Positions 61,673 to 64,000 of a stretch of DNA of 64,000 bases are shown piece by piece. Numbering within the stretch: position 1 is the first letter of the stretch; each line of letters starts with the position of its first letter. Origin of the DNA: Candidatus Latescibacterota bacterium (GTDB lineage: Bacteria > Latescibacterota > UBA2968 > UBA8231). The stretch covers positions 7,136,001 to 7,200,000 of the forward strand of contig OZ244561.1 of assembly GCA_965217585.1 (NCBI GenBank), given 5' to 3'. Position numbers and translations under genes: made by a program. The notes beneath the pieces are model-generated. The model was not told where the DNA came from. It ran no database searches and saw only the letters and a list, made by a program, of their open reading frames with translations.

Positions 61673-62650
61673 TCACCCCTCCCAGTCGAGCAACACCCCG
61701 AGCGCCTCGTCCATGTTGTTGTAGAGCAAGTCAAAAGCTTTTGCCGCCTCAAAAAAAGGAAAGCGGTGCGTGGTCATTCGCCCTGTCTGAATAATTCCTG
61801 CCTGCAATAGCTCCATCGCCCGGCGTGCGGTCCCCGAGCCTATGCCCTGTCCATAATAGCCGCCTAGGATCTTGCGGCGCTGGATCTTGCCCGACATCAG
61901 CGGCAAAGGCGCGTCCTCGTAAAGTCCGATCAGGTGCAATAGCCCGCCAACGGCCAGCATATCCAACCCCTGGTCGAATGCTTTAACCCCCGCCGGGCCG
62001 CCTACCGCATAGACGACGATATCGACACCGGCTCCCGCTGTTAGCCTACGCACCGCAGCAATAGGATCCTCTTCGGCGGCATTGATTACCGCGTCGGCCC
62101 CCAACTCCTCGGCCAGTGTGCAGCGACTCTCGAGTGCATCAACGGCGATGATCCGACCCTTGCCATTGTGCTTGGCCACCTGCAACATCAGGCTCCCAAC
62201 CAGTCCCTGGCCCAAAATCACTACCGTGTGGTTGGGTCCGATCTCCTCGATATCCACCCAGGCCACCGCACCCGAGACCAGCGGCCAGTACGGTGCCGCG
62301 TCAAATTCCACGCTAGGCAGCATCGCCACCACCTGCGGCTGGTCCTGCGGCGCAGACAACACCGCTGGGCGCACCACGTATTCAGCGTGCGGTGCCAGCG
62401 CTACTACCCGGTCACCTACAGCGTAGCAGTCGACTTCCTCCCCCAAAGCGTCAACCACCCCCGCCAGCGAATAGCCCATAATCTCGGGACTGACTGCTTG
62501 CTCACGCGTATAGCGTGCGCCGATCTCCGATCCTCGGCTGATCAGGCTGCACACCGCCTTGATTCGCACTTCCCCCGGCCCGGGCTCGGGCACCGGCACT
62601 TCCTCAATTTCGATATTGAACTGCCCTGTTGGTTTGATAACGCGTTTCAT
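61673..62650 (-). CDS. MDR-family (zinc-binding type) dehydrogenase
   Basis: PEPGPGEV, GQGLVG Rossmann motif and THRF; lacks the canonical GHE motif. Start MKRVIKP. Confidence 0.82.
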   Translation of the reverse strand: MKRVIKPTGQFNIEIEEVPVPEPGPGEVRIKAVCSLISRGSEIGARYTREQAVSPEIMGYSLAGVVDALGEEVDCYAVGDRVVALAPHAEYVVRPAVLSAPQDQPQVVAMLPSVEFDAAPYWPLVSGAVAWVDIEEIGPNHTVVILGQGLVGSLMLQVAKHNGKGRIIAVDALESRCTLAEELGADAVINAAEEDPIAAVRRLTAGAGVDIVVYAVGGPAGVKAFDQGLDMLAVGGLLHLIGLYEDAPLPLMSGKIQRRKILGGYYGQGIGSGTARRAMELLQAGIIQTGRMTTHRFPFFEAAKAFDLLYNNMDEALGVLLDWEG

Positions 62651-62741
62651 CTCTATGCCCCCAGAATTTTCTCGTCCACTTCCATCTGCTCGCCCTCGCG
62701 CGTCAGGTCGTAACACTCGTGCCAGTCAATAACGTCGATCC

Positions 62742-63524
62742 CTAGCGAACGCCCAGCGCAAATGGCTTCGATGGATCCGCGTATTCGTTGCCGGCCCGGT
62801 CTCGTCCCCGCGCCAGATACACCGCGTGCGTTGCGTGCGGCCCAGCACTCTGCACTTTCACGGTCGCCGGCATGTAGCGCATGGTGTAGCCGCAGCGCCG
62901 CTTGGCACTGGTGTTGGGATTGGAGCCGTGAATCATTTTGGCGTGGTGGATGTGGCACTGGCCCTCGCGGAGTTCCAAATCGACGACCCGCGCCTGATCG
63001 ACTTGCTCGGCCACGATCTCGCGCCCGAAGACGTGGGTGTTGCGATCGACCTCCACATAGTCCGAAAAGCCGTGCCGGTGCGAATCGGCCACAACCCGCA
63101 TACAGCCGTTTTCTCGCGTCGAGTCGTCAATGGCCAGCCACACGGTCAATACCTCGTGCTCGCTGAGCCGCTCATTCCAATACGCCGAGTCTTCGTGCCA
63201 AGGCACGCGCTTGCCATCGCCGGGCGGCTTGCTGATAAAGTGGCTCGACCACAAGACGATGTCCGGGCCGATAAACGCCTCGACAAAATCGAGCACCTCG
63301 TCGGCGAGGAGCCACTCGAAAAGCTCCGGATGGGTAAAGTGCGGCACATCCATGGCCTCTGGCCGCTTGCCCGCAGGCAAATCGGCCAACAAGCCGGCGA
63401 AGAAGGCTTGCAAGCGCTGGAACTTTTCGGCGGGAAAAAGCGAATGTTGATAGACGAAATAACCGTGGTCGCGGTAGAACTGCACGTCCTCGGCGGTCAC
63501 GTGCAGGGAGTGCGAATTACTCAT
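62742..63524 (-). CDS. PhyH-family dioxygenase
   Basis: WHEDSAYW, ENGCMRVV and HGSNPN..RR motifs. Confidence 0.9.
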   Translation of the reverse strand: MSNSHSLHVTAEDVQFYRDHGYFVYQHSLFPAEKFQRLQAFFAGLLADLPAGKRPEAMDVPHFTHPELFEWLLADEVLDFVEAFIGPDIVLWSSHFISKPPGDGKRVPWHEDSAYWNERLSEHEVLTVWLAIDDSTRENGCMRVVADSHRHGFSDYVEVDRNTHVFGREIVAEQVDQARVVDLELREGQCHIHHAKMIHGSNPNTSAKRRCGYTMRYMPATVKVQSAGPHATHAVYLARGRDRAGNEYADPSKPFALGVR

Positions 63525-63573
63525 CGGCAGACACCTTTCCTCGTAGTTGCAATCTCAATATATGGCAATCCGC

Positions 63574-63999
63574 TCACCCGTGCAGAATCGGATGCCCCGC
63601 GCCCTTGAACCAGACGCAGTCGAGTACAAACGACAGAAAAACCCCGCAGAAAAACCCCACCACCAGCCCGATAAACAGCGGCTTGAGCCGCTGGTAGAGC
63701 GCCACGCCGCCGAAGCGCAAGATCAACGCCTTGCAAGCCCATGCCAAGAACACCGAAAACACAATCCGCTTGACCATCCACGTTGAGGCTACAGCCAGCC
63801 CCACCGGGTGCAAGGGCCACCACGCGATTCGGTAGTGCAAAAACGCCAGCACCACATAGCCCAACACTCCGCTACCGGCTAAGCCGAGCTTATCCCAGTC
63901 AACGGGCGCGGGATTGCGCGTCTGCTCGGCGACCCAGTCGAAGGCCCGGCCGCCCGCGCCTCCAGCGGCATTGAAAAACCACGAGCGCAGATTGCTCGC
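63574..63999 (-). CDS. C-terminal part of a polytopic membrane protein (DUF6784/6785-like), runs off window
   Basis: Open frame to the window edge; WWPLHPVG and P.FIGLVVG motifs. Confidence 0.65.
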   Translation of the reverse strand, partial: ASNLRSWFFNAAGGAGGRAFDWVAEQTRNPAPVDWDKLGLAGSGVLGYVVLAFLHYRIAWWPLHPVGLAVASTWMVKRIVFSVFLAWACKALILRFGGVALYQRLKPLFIGLVVGFFCGVFLSFVLDCVWFKGAGHPILHG

Positions 64000-64000
64000 C

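Noticed and set aside
62653-62740. Short coding-like stretch (IDVIDWHECYDLTREG..) between two genes
   Set aside because: Possibly a gene remnant, but too short to assign.

Overview
GC-rich bacterial window. PhyH dioxygenases, PQQ-type propellers, an LRR/FN3/cadherin giant protein with a FlgD-Ig-like C-terminus and an Rpn gene suggest an FCB-group host, possibly a sponge symbiont (inference). Positions 1-17.7 kb hold a hybrid CRISPR-Cas locus: type I-G genes (cas3 3' part, cas8g-like, cas4-cas1 fusion, cas2) interrupted by a very compact type III-A-like cassette. The cassette has an HD-less ~489-aa Cas10 with intact GGDD, csm2, csm3, csm4, no csm5 or cas6 in the window, and an APE2256-type CARF protein with an unrecognised C-terminal domain. 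A 90-repeat array follows, in which the repeat switches from 36 to 37 nt partway. After it come two Phd-VapC toxin-antitoxin pairs flanking a 3-repeat mini-array; the spacer-like sequence just upstream of the mini-array matches the resident cas10 (27/28 nt), and its second spacer contains a REP palindrome. The rest contains PhyH genes, decaying methyltransferase genes, a large propeller/radical-SAM/halogenase-like/CoA-ligase/transporter cluster, an atypical short PurA-like gene with a LysR regulator, a 3979-aa adhesin, an Rpn gene and orphan antitoxins. All calls come from motif recognition and manual counting; no database searches were run.
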